A stretch of DNA of 64,000 nt from Nageia nagi. Lineage: Eukaryota > Plantae > Pinophyta. Every line of letters begins with the position of its first letter. Positions within the stretch are counted from its first letter, which is position 1. The translations under genes were made by a program, and so were the position numbers. This document shows positions 1 to 14,360 of this stretch, piece after piece. The stretch lies in assembly GCA_050084985.1 (NCBI GenBank), contig JBITNC010000001.1, positions 136,772,001 through 136,836,000 on the forward strand, written 5' to 3'. The notes under the pieces were generated by a model that saw nothing but the letters and a program-made list of their open reading frames with translations, had not been told where the DNA came from and made no database searches.

Positions 1-16
1 TCATATTTTTATTTTC

Positions 17-87
17 TATATGTATATATATAGAAGTATATATTTATTATCATATATATATATATATGTATGTATATATGTATATAT
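17..87. repeat. Imperfect (TA)n/(TATG)n microsatellite
   Basis: Runs of TATATA and TATGTA seen directly. Confidence 0.85.
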
Positions 88-250
88 TAAACTTACTTGT
101 CACACCCATTACACCTTTTAGGTCTAGGAGATATTTATTGATTGGTGTTGTTGTCCTGCTATGATTACAAAGTCCATTTCATGGGTGAATCCTCTAGATT
201 AGGCTTTTTTTGAGTTTGTAGGATTTGGGGTACCCTCATTTATTAGGGTC

Positions 251-1125
251 ATGGAGAGAGATCATGCACTTTTGCCTGCTCTTTTTGAGTGTTGGGATGC
301 TAGTCTCAATGCATTTTATCTTCCTATCAGTACTATTACTATTATAATAGAGGACCTATAAAATTTGCCTAGGCTTCTAATTAGAGGTTAGAGGATTATT
401 CCATTGGATTCTAGAGACTTGGATCTCAACCCCATATCACTCCTATATGGCATGGCCAATGTTGATGTGTTAGATTCTATCCAAGTAGGAGACATTCCAT
501 ATTATTATCATTGGTGTAATGCTCATTCTCAAACTTGATGAGCTTGGTTTAAGTTCAACTCCCTCATGGGTCTTGTCCTATGTTATGGTCTTCCAAATGT
601 TGTAGTTAGTTGATTTCCTTATGCCCTCATAAGGGTCATTTTTTATATGATAACTTAGAGTATTCAATTTATATGGGTTCTTACTCTTCTTTTATTGATC
701 TATAGAGAGTTATTTTTATTCACATAGACCACTCAAGAATCAGTGATGACACATCATTCTTCAAGTGTGGTCATATGAGCATATTAATATTGCTTGACCA
801 CTAGGCCTTCTTGATGCTTCTTATTGATATTATCAACATCTCTTAGGTTTGATGAGGTGGCATACTAGGGTTGCTCATCCATGGGGGGATGAAGTTCATT
901 CAAGCATAGCCCACTGTAGGGCTTTATTAGTTGGTTTAATGGTAAGTGATGTTTATTGGTTTATTTCATTATAGATAGCTAACTTCACTAAGATTACCTT
1001 CAATATTCAAGGTATATGTTAGGAAAAAATTCTTAGTAGCCAATGTATAAATTTATTAGAGTATTTTTAGTTTCATTAGGTGTGGAATCAATTTGGACTT
1101 ATCCAGGACATCCTTGCACCTCCTA
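251..1125 (+). pseudogene. Degenerate plant mobile domain (PMD, MAIN/MAIL-like) ORF, antisense to gag-pol of element E
   Basis: Hand translation gives MERDHALLPALFECWDASLNAFYLPISTITIIIEDL*NLPRLLIRG (251-), LIYREL (~695), LQVWSYEHI (~759) and VWNQFGLIQDI (~1080). These match, in order, the PMD motifs ALVERWxxETHTFHLPxGEMTITLEDV, YLYREL, LQxWAWER and RVxRQFGxxQxIP. Confidence 0.8.
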
Positions 1126-3780
1126 TATATTATATGCATATGGGTATAATTCTTTCTAATGACTTACAACCTTTGTAGTATGTTGAGACTTTATTAGAGG
1201 TAGAGGAGGTTGCTCTTGCAGAATTAGATTTAGGAGTTGATGATGTGGGTACCATTGAGGCTTATTCTTCTTGGTGGGCTATTGAGATGGCTAGTGAGGA
1301 CCTAGGAGTTGAGCAGGGGCCTCTACCTTAGAGGGATTGAGCTAAGGAGGTTGGTGAGGTACTAGGTGCTCCTATTTTGGATCTTGCAACTTGTGGTGGA
1401 AATGGTGGAGATGGTGGTACCCTAAAGGCAATGGGGGTGAGGGGGAGGCTTGAGATGAAGGCTACCTTAGGAGTAGGGAATGATGAGTTAAGGTATTTGG
1501 TTGAGAATTATAGGAAATTACATCAGGTAGAGCACCAATAATTCTTGACATTATAGGGCTAGTTGGGTTGATTCCAAGAGGTTTATATGCTTCATTATGC
1601 TCCTTTGCATTTACCACCTATAGGACCATCATTCAATCCTTATAGGGGTCACACCCATTCTTATTCCATTTCAATCCATACTTCTCCTACTAGATTTATT
1701 CCAAAGAGAGATATTTAGTTGACAGATAGGGCACCTAGTGAGGGGAGGGAGTTAGGGTGAGTTCCTTCAGTCATCATCTCCTATGAATTATCTTGTTTAA
1801 TGCATAGTTTGATGGTATTTATGGGTATTTATGGTTATTTCATGGACATTTGATTATTCATTTTGTATTTTTTATCATGATGATGTATCATGGATGATGA
1901 AATGTATAGATTATTTGTACAGTAGAAAAATGAGATGGATGTGGTAGATGGGATACTTATGGAACCTTTTATGGAATTTTGTATGATATATTATGAGATT
2001 TATTTTGATATATTAGATACATGATGGATGTCATTTATGATAATTATGTACGTGATGATAGTTATTACTTATGGATGCTTGTATAGTTATATTTTGTATG
2101 ATGTTTTTATTGCTCATGGATGACATAATGTGTATGCCCATTGATGATGTTATGATTCTAGAATGGTTAACTTATTTTACTTGTCAATGCCTATGTGTGG
2201 ATGGATGTGTAGTGATGTATGAGTATTTATAACATATATGCAAATTTTAGATTGTTTTTAATGAAATTTTCACATTTCATTTTTAATAAGCTATTATAAT
2301 GATTAATAAATATTTATATAGTTTGGATATGTAGTAAAGGATAATTCATATATCTATAATTGGAAATAGCACTGTATTTATCATCGTATATTTTGTTTCA
2401 TTTTTTTATCAAACTTAATTTTATCATATTGCTTTCAACCTAATAAAAACCTAACTTATAACTCTCATTTGCAAATGGTTATGTTTTTATTAGAACATTT
2501 CTTAAAGGGACTTAAGCAACCTAACACTTAACACATTCTTTTATAAGGTCAATAATAATCTTTATACATTTAATATGTTTAATCATAACATATAGATACT
2601 TTTTTAAGAAGATTATTTATCAAAAATAAAAATAAAAAATACACTAAATGGTTTTATAACTAAAGATAATCACAACGTATTGTTTTACTTTTGTATGATA
2701 ATAATATAGCTTAAGCTTTGCTCACACCCATTTTTCTAAGGTAAAATAGATTATAATAATCTTCACATGCATTCCAAATAATACATTTTCAATGCATATA
2801 GGGATACTTCTACTTTCAATTATATAAAGAAGTAGAATCAACATGTTCATAATATGTAATTCAATTGACAATACTTTATTGAATTACCATGATCAACATA
2901 GCTTGAAAAAGTATAACATCAGTCATACAATGACCACTCTTATATTTCTTAGATCATGCTAAACTTGGTAAACTTACATCAAACTTCAACAAGTGATTGA
3001 ATTTGAATAAGGTGATAACAAAACTAGGATGAGAGAGATGTGTTTGCATATAGATTCATCAACCTAATGAGTTGAACCATATTTCCAATTCTTTTAATGT
3101 TATTGAGAAAGGAATTTTTTTAGATTTTGTGGAATTAGTATATCATAATCTTATATTCTTGACCATATAACTTACTTTTATTGCATTTTCACAATAAATA
3201 TTGAAACTAACTTAGATAATGATGAGATTAATTAAAATAAATGAATATTTACTTCCATTTTAGAGGGGAAAATAATTTCTTATTCTCAATCCAAATGCAT
3301 GATGGAAGCTATATGAAATTTAACAATACTCTTTAAAGATACCAATTATCAATCTAGTGAAAAGATAACTCTTTCATATTCTCCATGTTTTTGATAATCA
3401 CAAAGGATATTACAACAAATACTACAATAAGTGATCATATGGAACAACAAGGTGAAATTGTTTGGAAAGTAAACACTTGAACATTCTAACAAATGGTTTG
3501 ATTGGTTTCCCAATCATGATCATAAATTTTTGGTACATATAATTGCATAAATAATAGGATAATTACCTTAGTTCAACAAGATGCCACCAATAATTTCTCT
3601 TTTAGATTTCCTTAATCATAAATGATATAAGACAAAGTTGCCATGCAACTAGATCTTTTGTGAGCTCAATGTGTGCAGGGAGGTTTGTTTCTTTCTTTAG
3701 GTAGTTTAAGTTCAAATATTATAAGAGTAAAAAATGTAAGCCAACTCTTATATACCAATATAAGGTTTTAACTTCCTATG

Positions 3781-4290
3781 TAGGATGAGATTAGGTCCAA
3801 GATGCTTGGTGGTGGCTAACCTTGCCCCTTGGCCATATCATCAATATATATGTAATATTTTGATATCCTAGGATGAGATTAGGTCCAAGATGCTTGGTGG
3901 TGGCTAACCCTACCCCTTGGAATTCTCATCAATATATATGTAAAGTTTTGATATCCTTGGATGAGATTAGGTCCAATATGCCTAGTGGGGGATAACCCTA
4001 CCCCTTGGCTATCTCATCAATCTATACTAAAGTTTTGATATCCTAGGATGAGATTAGGTACAAGATACCTAGTGGTGGCTAACCATACCCCTTGGCCATC
4101 TCATCAATATATGTAAAATTTTGATATACTAGTATGAGATTTAGTTCAAGATGCCTAATGGTGGCTAACCCTACCCCTTGGCCATCTCATCAATCCATAT
4201 GTAAAGTTTTGATATTCTAGGATGAGATTAGGTCCAAGATTCTTGGTGGTGGCTAACCATTCCCTTGTCCATCTCATCAATTTATATGTT
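3781..4290. repeat. Tandem array of six 86-88 bp units, each with an internal inverted repeat
   Basis: Units start at 3781, 3869, 3957, 4044, 4130 and 4218. Consensus TAGGATGAGATTAGGTCCAAGATGCYTRGTGGTGGCTAACCCTACCCCTTGGCCATCTCATCAATATATATGTAAAGTTTTGATATCC. Confidence 0.97.
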
Positions 4291-6449
4291 TTTTCCTTTT
4301 CTTTCCATTTATTTTTGTAATTTTATGAAAAAATGAGGTATATAACATATGGCTTAGTATTATACTCAAAGAACATGATTGCTTGAGCTACTTAAAGATT
4401 ATTGATGTTGAAACTTATGTGAGATCACTTCTAACCATTATAACACTTCTTCCCTATATATTTAACATTTTATATTTTAATTATCTTTAGATAAATAACC
4501 TACAAAGACCCCATTTATGTATAGTTTTTATCTTGTACATTCATTTTCTCACATGAATACAAAATTTTATAAGTTACTTAATAAATCATTAACCTATCTG
4601 TCTATACTTAGATTTGTAATAGATGACTGAATAATAAGATAGATAACATGACTCAAAAATACACATAAAAACCATTTAAAAATCAATAAATCATCATTTT
4701 TTGAATTGGGTTGTACTTTGGGTAGGACACCTTATGGTCAAGACAACTCTAGAGATTAATCTTTAGGTAAAAACAAATTCATTTCATATTTTCAAAATTC
4801 TATATCAGATTCCTTATTGGTCTTAAGACTCATTATTTGTGAAGGTGGAAAAGTATTTGAACCTAAGTACATAAAAATACAAGAGTGTTGTGTCATGGAG
4901 TGTGTTTTCCAATCTGTAGGCTTAGGCTTGTATTTCTTAGTTATTCTTATCAATGTATGAGTTTTTTCCTTTTCAAAGCTTAGCATTTTCATTTTCAAGA
5001 CATCTTTTTTAGGTATGGAGAGGAAATATGGAGGCATAATTCTTTCTATTATTTATGTTTTTTATGGAGAAACAAGTATGTAATCATTGTGTACTTTCAA
5101 GGTCTTTTTATTTTATCTTTTAAGTTTTCTTTTAGCAAGAAACTCATACGTTCTATGAAATCTAGGCTTCATATTTAGATAATTTCATTCACAAGTGGTT
5201 AGGGGAAATAACTTGGTATAGTCAAGAATGACTTGGTCATGAAATATCTTGAATATACAATGAGTTAAGGATTTAGAGGGTACATATTCAAACCAAATAA
5301 TTTGATGATAATGGTAGTTGATACTTATGTATTTGACGAAATCTAATATAATACAAGTTTTCTATCAAACTAGGACATACAAAAGTAGTTCAATGAATTC
5401 AACTCATCTCTAGGCTCACCCCACATATTTATTACACTAACACTTATTGTCATTCAATATTCAATGGTTTTGACATCCCAACTATATGAATATCAATTAT
5501 CACAAAAGTTCCATGTAATTTTTTGTTGCACCTCTATTGGTAGTGAAAAGGAAAATGCAAACAACCTAGTAGGGTGTTGTCACAAGATTTCATATAAATA
5601 TCCTTGTGATATCAAATTTGGAATAACTATGCATGATATTCATATTTTTTAAGAACTTGATTAGGAATGTTTACCAACTCTTCTCTTTTTGATAACTATA
5701 GTAAGGTTTTAATATATGATTTTCTTAGCTTTTTCTCTTCTATAAATTCTCTCTTTAAAATAGTATCTTTAACTCTTATTCATGAGAATCTATTCCTTAC
5801 TTGTTATATTTGTTCTTCTATCCTAAAGGGATGAGAAAAAAAACTTCTCATGAAGTTAAACATGATTTTCTTATGTCTAATTGATCCAAAAAAAGCATCA
5901 ACCCAATCTAGGTGTCTCCTCAAAACATCCATATTACCTTGTTCCACCAAGGCCAATCCTATTTTGTCAAAGTGATAGTATAATATGATTGTTTGTGATG
6001 CCATTGGCTAACAAAGATAAAATTTATCCAATTTTTCTAATTGTCTTCCATGATATATATAATATTATATGTGATTATGTGTGATTTTTCATCACCACAA
6101 TAAACACTCCATCCCACTCATAAGCCTTGAAACATTTATCGAATGATCTCCTTTTGAATTTCCTGAGACAAATGAAGAAAGCACTCAAGGGGAATATCAG
6201 AATTATATGGCAAGTATTTAATGAATACATCACCATGGTACCTAGGGTATGGATTCCAAGGGTTTAGATGTATTCCTTTCTTGTTGAATGGCTCATGCAT
6301 TCTCTTGATTCTCTTTACTATGTTGATCACTATTAAAAACACACATAAACCTATTAATATTCTACTTATTATACTTTCTAGTAGTACTCTACGTATATAA
6401 AATCTACTTAACTAATAATATTATTATTATGAAACATAGAGATTTTATA

Positions 6450-9400
6450 AGAATAGGAAGGGTGAATATTCATGATGTTTATGGGTTCACACTCCTCATT
6501 CCCTTCTAAATCAGCCAAGTGGTATGTTTCTTTTCCAAATTTTATTTTAATGATGTAGGGACCTAGCCAATTGGAAGCAAATTTTTCTCTTAGTTGATGC
6601 TCTTGATGAAAAGTTTTTTGCTTTTCTTTTAATATTAGATCCTTAACCTCAAATTCATGTATTTTAACTTTCTTATCAAATGCATGCTTGATCTAGTCTT
6701 GAGATACTCGCATTTACACATTTCTCATATAACAATACAAGTTGGTCAATATGTATTTTTTTGTTCTTCTTCATCTAAAATATAATCACCCAACTCCACC
6801 CTAAGGGAAGGGATTTCCAATTCTATAGGTAGGATGGCCTATGCCCCATATACTAAGGAAAAGGGGGTTCCCCCAATGAGGGTTCCAATGCTAGTTTGAT
6901 ATGCCCACAAGGCTTTTAGAATTTGGACATGCCAATCCTTATGGGACTCATTTATGTTTTAATCAGGATGCTACATATTATTTTATTTATTTCTTCTGCT
7001 TTCCCATTTCCTTAGGAGTAGTAGGGGGTTTGAAAGCTTTACTTGATGTGATATTTTTCACATAAGTTTTTAATATCCTTATTCTTAAAGTTTTTTCATT
7101 ATCTATGACAATTTGGGTGCATATTCCAAATCAAAAAATGATGTGATTTTCTATAAATTTAGCTATACAAGGTTCAATAGTGGAAGACATAAGGATAGCT
7201 TCTACCCATTTATTGAAATATTGAATTGCTATTATTATGAATTTATGTCTTTATGAAGATGATGGTGATATTTGACTAATCAAATCCAATACCCATCTAG
7301 AGAAAGGCCATAAATACTAGGTAGGACACAAAACTTATGAAGGTTGAACAAAGAAGTAAGCATGTTATTAACATTTAACAAATTTATTAATATACTCACA
7401 ATAATGTTTCTCCATTATGGGCCAATAGTAACCCATTCAGATTAAACATTTTGCTATTGTAACACCACTAAAATGACCTCCATAAGTTCCATCGTGGAAT
7501 GAGGAGATAACAACTTGGATGTTGGTCCATTCTATATATCTAAAAAATACCCCTTCAAGTTTCTATGACACAAGACATATCCAACTATACAATATCAATA
7601 AGCCTTAATTCTAAAGGTTTTCTTGGCTAACTTTGATAAGGTTTGTGGTATAATTCCCACTTTTAAGAAATTTAATAATTTTGTGTGCTATACATATTTA
7701 TCTCCCACATCAATAGTCATAACCTCAAACTCTTGAAGGTTAGACTCTAAAGAGGATCAAGATAGTTGGACTATTTCTACTTGCAAAGGAGACCTCTTGG
7801 GGTCTTTAGGAATTAAGGAGTCAATTAATGCCATAGCATTAGCAAATTGATTAGAGGACTTTAGGGTAGCTTCAATTTCAAATTTATCAAATAATTTCAA
7901 TAACATGTTGGCTAAGGCCTTGTATTTTTATAACAATGGCTCTTTACATTGAAAAGTTCCTTTAATTTGATTTACAACTAGTGAAGAATCTCCAATAATT
8001 TTAATCTTTTTAAATTTTAACTTAATTATCATTTTCAAGGCTAGAATTAGAGCCTCATATTCAACATTATTATTAGTATAAGGGAAGTTAATCTTGAAGG
8101 AATATGGGCTAGGCACTCCTTGAGGCATGATAAAATTATACCAGCTTTGCTTCCTTGTTCACAATGAGAGCCATCAAAATGAATGGTCATATCCCAATCA
8201 TCTTCACTTTCTACATGTTCTTCTACTTCATATAAACAAAACACCCCATCACATAGTAATTCAATTACTAGGGGTTTATCATCTTACAAAGGGGATTCAG
8301 GTAGAAAATTGGCTATGACTTGTACTTTAATGGAATTTTGAATAATAAATTGAATATCAAATTCTGTTGAATGTATGATCCATTTCAAAATTCTCATGTT
8401 TTGATCAGTTTTGTTCATCAAGTATTTTAATGGATTAGCCTTATCAATCATGTAGGTTGTGTGATTGACCATATAATGTCTCAACATTTTAGTGGTGAAC
8501 ACCACAACCAAACATAATTTTTCAAGATAAATATATTTAGTTTCATAGCTCACCAAAGTTTGACTTAAATAATAGATGGCTTATTCTTTATCTTGTTCAT
8601 TTTTTGTGCCAACATAGTTCCTATGGTGAATTATATGGCTGAAATGTAAAGGATAAAGGGGACTCCTTTTACTAGGGGAATTAACATAAGAGGTAATAAC
8701 AAATATCATTTAATTTCATCAAAAGCTTCTTATTGTTCCTTGCCCTAACAAAATTTTGTTCCTTTTTTTAGTAATTTAATGAAAGGCTTGCATTTATTAG
8801 ATAACTAAGCTATGAATCTTCTAATAGCCTATAGCTTTCCTTGAAAACTATGAAACTGCTTCAAAGTGGTAGGAGGTGGCATATCTACTACTACTTTAAC
8901 TTTGTTAGGATCTATTTCAATGCCACATTTGGATACTATGAACCCTAATAATTTTCTTAAGGTAATACCAAACACACATTTCTTAGGGTTTAATCTTACT
9001 TTATGTTATAATAACCTATCCAAGGCTTTTATTAATGGTTCTCCTTATTTTTCTTGACTATAAGATTTTACCAATAAATCATCAACATAATCTTCCACTA
9101 TGTCATGCATATAGTCATGAAAAACATGTCATATCATGTTGATATGTTGCCTCAACATTTTTAATACCAAACAACATCACCTTATAATAGCATATCCCCC
9201 ATGGTGTGGTGAATATAGTTTTATGTTGATTCTACCAATATATCAATATTAGGACAACATCCACTAAGAGCAACATGCCATGTCTAGTAGTGGATTCTCC
9301 CAAGCTATCAATATTAGGGACTAGGAAGTCATCCTTAGGAAAAGCTTTATTTAAATCCTAAAAATATGTATAAATATGAATCTTACCATTATTTTTTTTA

Positions 9401-12400
9401 ATCAAGAACATATTTGAGATCCATTTTTAATAATCAATAGGTTGAATAAATTTGGCTTCTAGTAATTTTTGTAACTCTTCCATAACCATGATTGCTATGG
9501 TAGGGTGCATCCTTTTTAATTTTTTCCTTACTAGTTTTGCATTAGGTTTTAACACCAAATTGTGAATCACTAATTTAGGATTCAACCTATGCATGTCCAT
9601 GTAAGACCAAGTAAACACTTTTTGTCTTTCTTCAAGGATAGAATTAATAATTTTCTATTCATTTTCATCTAGAGATTTCCCTACTTGAGTCATCTTCAGG
9701 TTATGTGGGTCATTACTGAGATTAACCTCATTAACTTCCTCTATCAACATGTGTGACCTTTCTTCTAATTGACTCAATACAATAATCCAATGCTTATCAT
9801 TAACATTATATACTTCATCATATTCTTTATTTTCTTGGATAGTATATACATCATTCCCATGTGATTGAAAGATAGCATTTATATATTTGAATTCTTGCAA
9901 TGTTGATTACTTAGATATTAAGGAAAAATCAATAGTATGTTCATTAAACTCATCTTATGTAATTTTATTTATCAACTCTATATAATCACTTTCATCCTAT
10001 GGTGAAAGTATTTCTTAGTGAATTTCCTTTTTTTAAACCATGTTTATAGAAAGAGATCTAAAACCTTCAAATATTTTAGAAGTTATATCCACTTCTTGAA
10101 TGTTTGAATCATGTTGTACAATGTAAAAGGGATCTTTATTTTCTTTAAAAGTCTCATTTTTGTCATCATATTTGATATGTTCAATTCCAATTCAGCCACT
10201 TCTCAAGTGTTTAGGACCTTATCTTGATATCACAATCCTCCTTATCACTTGGTAATTGATAATGAATATCTATTATATATTGGGGTCCTTTCTCATAACA
10301 AACCAAGTTGCATCTATTCCAATGGTATGCTTAAAATTACTTTAACACAAAACCTCTTATATTAGGAGAAAGATAGTCTAGGTTCTCCTAATATGCCTTC
10401 ATGAGGTGGTGATAAAGGTGCAAGAATGGGCATCCCTAAACCTACATAGACAGATAGGGTTTGGTTGGGGGTTTCTTATAAGGGGACTTTTTGGCCAATT
10501 ACAAGAGGAGACTCATAAGGTCATCCCATTTCTTTAGCTAAAACTAGTTGGTAAATAGCATCATTAATTTCATATTCTCCCAAATTATGGTCTATAAACT
10601 TAATAATTACAAAATAAGGAGACACCGATAGTTCAACTTCATTATCTTCATACCTAGAGGTATTATTTACCTATGAGAAGGAGGAGTCTTTACTTATCTC
10701 ATTTAGCATTGTTGTATCTCTTTTGTAGACTTGTTTATCATGTATTACACCTCCATTGCTATTTGCATTTGTTTTTACCTCTGAGACTTGATGTGTTGAT
10801 TCTATATTTTGATTTTCTATATTGATAAGTGGGGTTTGTAATTTGACATGAGGGCTTTCTTTCAATGCTAAGGATGTGAGGGATAAATGAGGAGAAGGTA
10901 AAGTTATTCCTTTTCATATATATATTATATTACAATGAGAATAGGGATAATCATCTCTCAATATACAATGCACCTTTCCCTCATGAACATATTTAAGACA
11001 ACCATGGTATGTAGAAGGCACACACTACATCTCCCATATCCATGGCCTCCCTAACAAGATATTATATTGTATAATATAACCTTCTATGACATGTAACAAA
11101 GTTGGAATACCTTTGGCTCCCATAGTGATGGGAAAAATAATGGAACCAACTATAGAAGATAAAGCATCATTAAAGGCTCTGATTTGTAATGAAGGGGTCA
11201 TAATATGGTCAAAAGAGACTCCCACTTTTTGAAATTTTGTCCAAGACATTATGTTGATTTCTCATCCCTTATCTGCTAAAATCCTTTTGAATATTTTACC
11301 ATCAACCCAACCCATTATATGTAAGGGAGGATCCAATCCTTGGGAACCATTGTTAGGTTGGGTCTCATGTTCATAAAAAGTTATTACTAGATTTCATAAT
11401 ATCTTGATATTTTCTACAAAAGCTACAAAGTTGCTAGGATTACTAATATCTATCTTAATTTCTTGCAATATTTAATTCATAGCATCTCTATAAGCTTGAT
11501 ATTGTTGTAAAAGCTCAAAAGGACTCATCTTCATGGAGGCCATCTTTAATTATTATTCTAGAGTTCCTTTTACTAATACTTTAGGTTGTTGAGGTAATGG
11601 TACTTATCTGACAATACAAGAATCTTGTAACTACTACTTATTTGTTATATTATCTGATTTATTATACATCTTTTAAGCTCTGGTGGTGATACAAATTATA
11701 GCTACAAAGGGTTGTTTATCTCCTTTATTTTAAGTATAATCAACTTGATTATATGTTGATCCCATAGTATTGGTCTAATGTGAAGGAAAGGGATTATGAT
11801 AAATTCCTAAATTCTGATTAGAAAGGGTGATAGTTTTCAAATCCATTTTTCATGTATTGATAAGGTCTTATATGACATGTTTTAATGTCCAGCATCTATT
11901 GGTACTATGTCCATTTTGCCTATGATATGCACAAAACCCATTTTCTTAATATCATTTTGATCCTTTTTTTTAACACTTGGTTGCTTTGCCTTAAGAAGGG
12001 TGATCATTTGATTATCTAATAATTTATGTAAAATGTATTTTAAGGATTTTGACAATGGGATAAATTTCCATTTTGGTTTCATATCCCTAGTTTTCCCTTC
12101 TTTAAAAGGAGTCTCATTATCCTTAGGAACTAATACTTGGTTAGAGTGAGGTTCTTTACTTCTTTTAACTTGATTTTCCTTATTTTTAGAATAACCTTAA
12201 TTTTTCTTAATTTTTAATTCTCCATCCTAGATCTTAACTTTCTTGATCATAACAGCTTGAGCCATAGCTTCTTCAAATATTTTATGTTGTTGTATTTGAA
12301 GAATACTCAAAATAGATCTCAAGCAACTTTGATTGAATAGGTTAACCAATTCCATTTGAGGTATGGTATAGGGTAGACCAGTAAGTATAACTCTCTAGCA

Positions 12401-14360
12401 TGAAATATAGTTAGCAACCCTCTCATCTAGAGATTTTTGTAACTTCATGAGATCCATAATTGCTGCAATATCATGGATATTTATTCTAAAATGTTCTAGG
12501 AATAGATCCACAATTTGGTTGAATGAATACACACTATCCTTGGATAAACTACTATACCAATCAAAGGCTTGTCCTACAAGCATTATTGGAAAATTTCATA
12601 AACCAATGCATCATCATTATATATTAAGTAGCTTATGAAATTAAACTATGTTAAATGTTATTTTGAATCCTATTTTCCTTTATAAGGTCTGATCTTTGGT
12701 ATATCATACTTATGAGGCATTTTCTTTTTTGGAATGCTAGGATGAATGGGGTCATTGTATATATTTTCAAATGAATAAAAGTTCTAACAAATTCTTTTCC
12801 TTTTGATTTTTGTGGTCATATTTCATATACTTTATCATATCACTCAAATTTTGATCTAGAAGTTCTAACAAATTCTTTTCCTTTTGATTTTTGCAATCAT
12901 ATTTACCTTGTTTATTGTGCTCCTTAAGTATGTCTTCCCCTAAAATCACATTAGATTATACCTCAAATTCATCACTACTAGAAGGAGAAGGATATGAAGG
13001 CTTTTTCAATGGCTCTAGGTGGTTTCCCCCCACCTTGGATTGCTTTTGGCTTTTTACTTTCTAACAACCATTTCCAAATAACTTCATTTTTTAATTATTA
13101 TTCATCATCCAACTCTTTTGTTAAATTTGATTTCTTTTATTTGTGAGAGATTTTAGTTTTATGGATTTTGAGATACATAGCAGTGGTTTGATTTTTTAAG
13201 ACTTCTTTTGTTTCTTCTTAACTTCTTCTTCATCATATTTATCAGAGCCATTCTCTGCATCTAATGTTAAGCTAATTTCATCATGATCTATGGGATGCTA
13301 CACCCTTTTCTTCTTAAGTGTTGGGTATTAGTAAAATTATAATATATTATGACTCATCTTTTATTTCTTATGTTGAGGACCTTTAGGCTTATTTTCTTCT
13401 ATTTACTTCTTATACTAAAGGTACTATCTAATTAGATCTTTACATTCCATTTCCTTAGCTTGTTTCTTAATATGTTTCTCCTCTTTTAGATGTTCTTTTC
13501 CAAAAGTATAGCCTCCACTAGCTCCTATTCTAGTTGCTTTTCTCTTTTCATATTTTCTTGTTGCACAACTTCTTGGAGTGCTTTCTCTAAACGTTCTTGT
13601 TCTTCTTTCATCTCTTCTTATCTTTCTCATTTTTTGAAATGTTCAATTTCTCTTAGACATTTTATTTATTCCACATCTTCTTTGTATTTTTGAGTAAATC
13701 ATCGAGGAGGTTCCTTTGGATTAGGTTCTACATTTAAGGTTCCTACTATAGGTTATTTTTCCTCATTTTCTCTTGGTGTAGAAAGTGTAGTGGAATGTAT
13801 GGAAACCCAATCAAAATCATCTAATGTAGACATATCATTGGTTGAGCATGGGTACCCTTTCTTTATTACCAATATAGTGGCTTTATTTCCATTAGGTAGA
13901 ACTATAATTTTTTGATTATACTTGGTTACATAAGGTTTGTGTAGCATTCCCCTTCAATTAATCCAAGTCAAGAATCCATGAGATTATGTTTATTCTTTTC
14001 CAAAACCAATTCTTTTCTTGATTCCTTAAAGTCCTCTAATAAACTATAAGCTTCTCCTACCATTCTTAATTGATGGATATGATTGTGAACCTCTTTTAGG
14101 GTTAAATTCTCATATTCTTGGGGAATGGTTTTTTCCTCTTATTGAGTTGGGTTTTGGATGAAGCTCATAGTTCCCATAGGTGGATCTTCAGTGGTATGAT
14201 TCACTTCCTCAAGATTTTATTTTTGTTCAAATTCCTTCTACATTGGATACATGTATGATTTCATAATATCAACTTGAAGAGCTTCTTTCAAGTCATTATA
14301 TGTCTTAGGAGTTCCCCTCCCACTTCTTGGAGAATTTCTTAGTGAGGGAGGTATACTCAT
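6450..14360 (-). pseudogene. gag-pol of element E (many stops and frameshifts)
   Basis: Gag GQAFDWYSSL (12.5 kb); Zn knuckle CAYHRQNGHSTNRC (~11900); protease ending YNILLGRPWI (11.0-11.3 kb); RT FTWSYMDM and EDYVDDLLVKS (~9062-9095); RH YLEKLCLVVVF (8.3-8.6 kb); aRH HFDGS and NNNVEYEALI (7.9-8.2 kb); integrase GGHFSG, YYWP, WLGPY (7.6-6.5 kb). Confidence 0.93.
12780..12905 (-). repeat. 81 bp-period duplication in gag of element E (YDxKNQKEKNLLELL twice)
   Basis: AGTTCTAACAAATTCTTTTCCTTTTGATTTTTG at 12780 and 12861. Confidence 0.9.

Noticed and set aside
3781-4290. CRISPR-like array or tandem hammerhead ribozymes (retrozyme)
   Set aside because: There are no unique spacers; whole units are homologous. 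The minus strand has TTGATGAG and ATCAAAAC, resembling decayed CUGAUGA/GAAAC, but I could not build stem I, stem III or a cleavage triplet.
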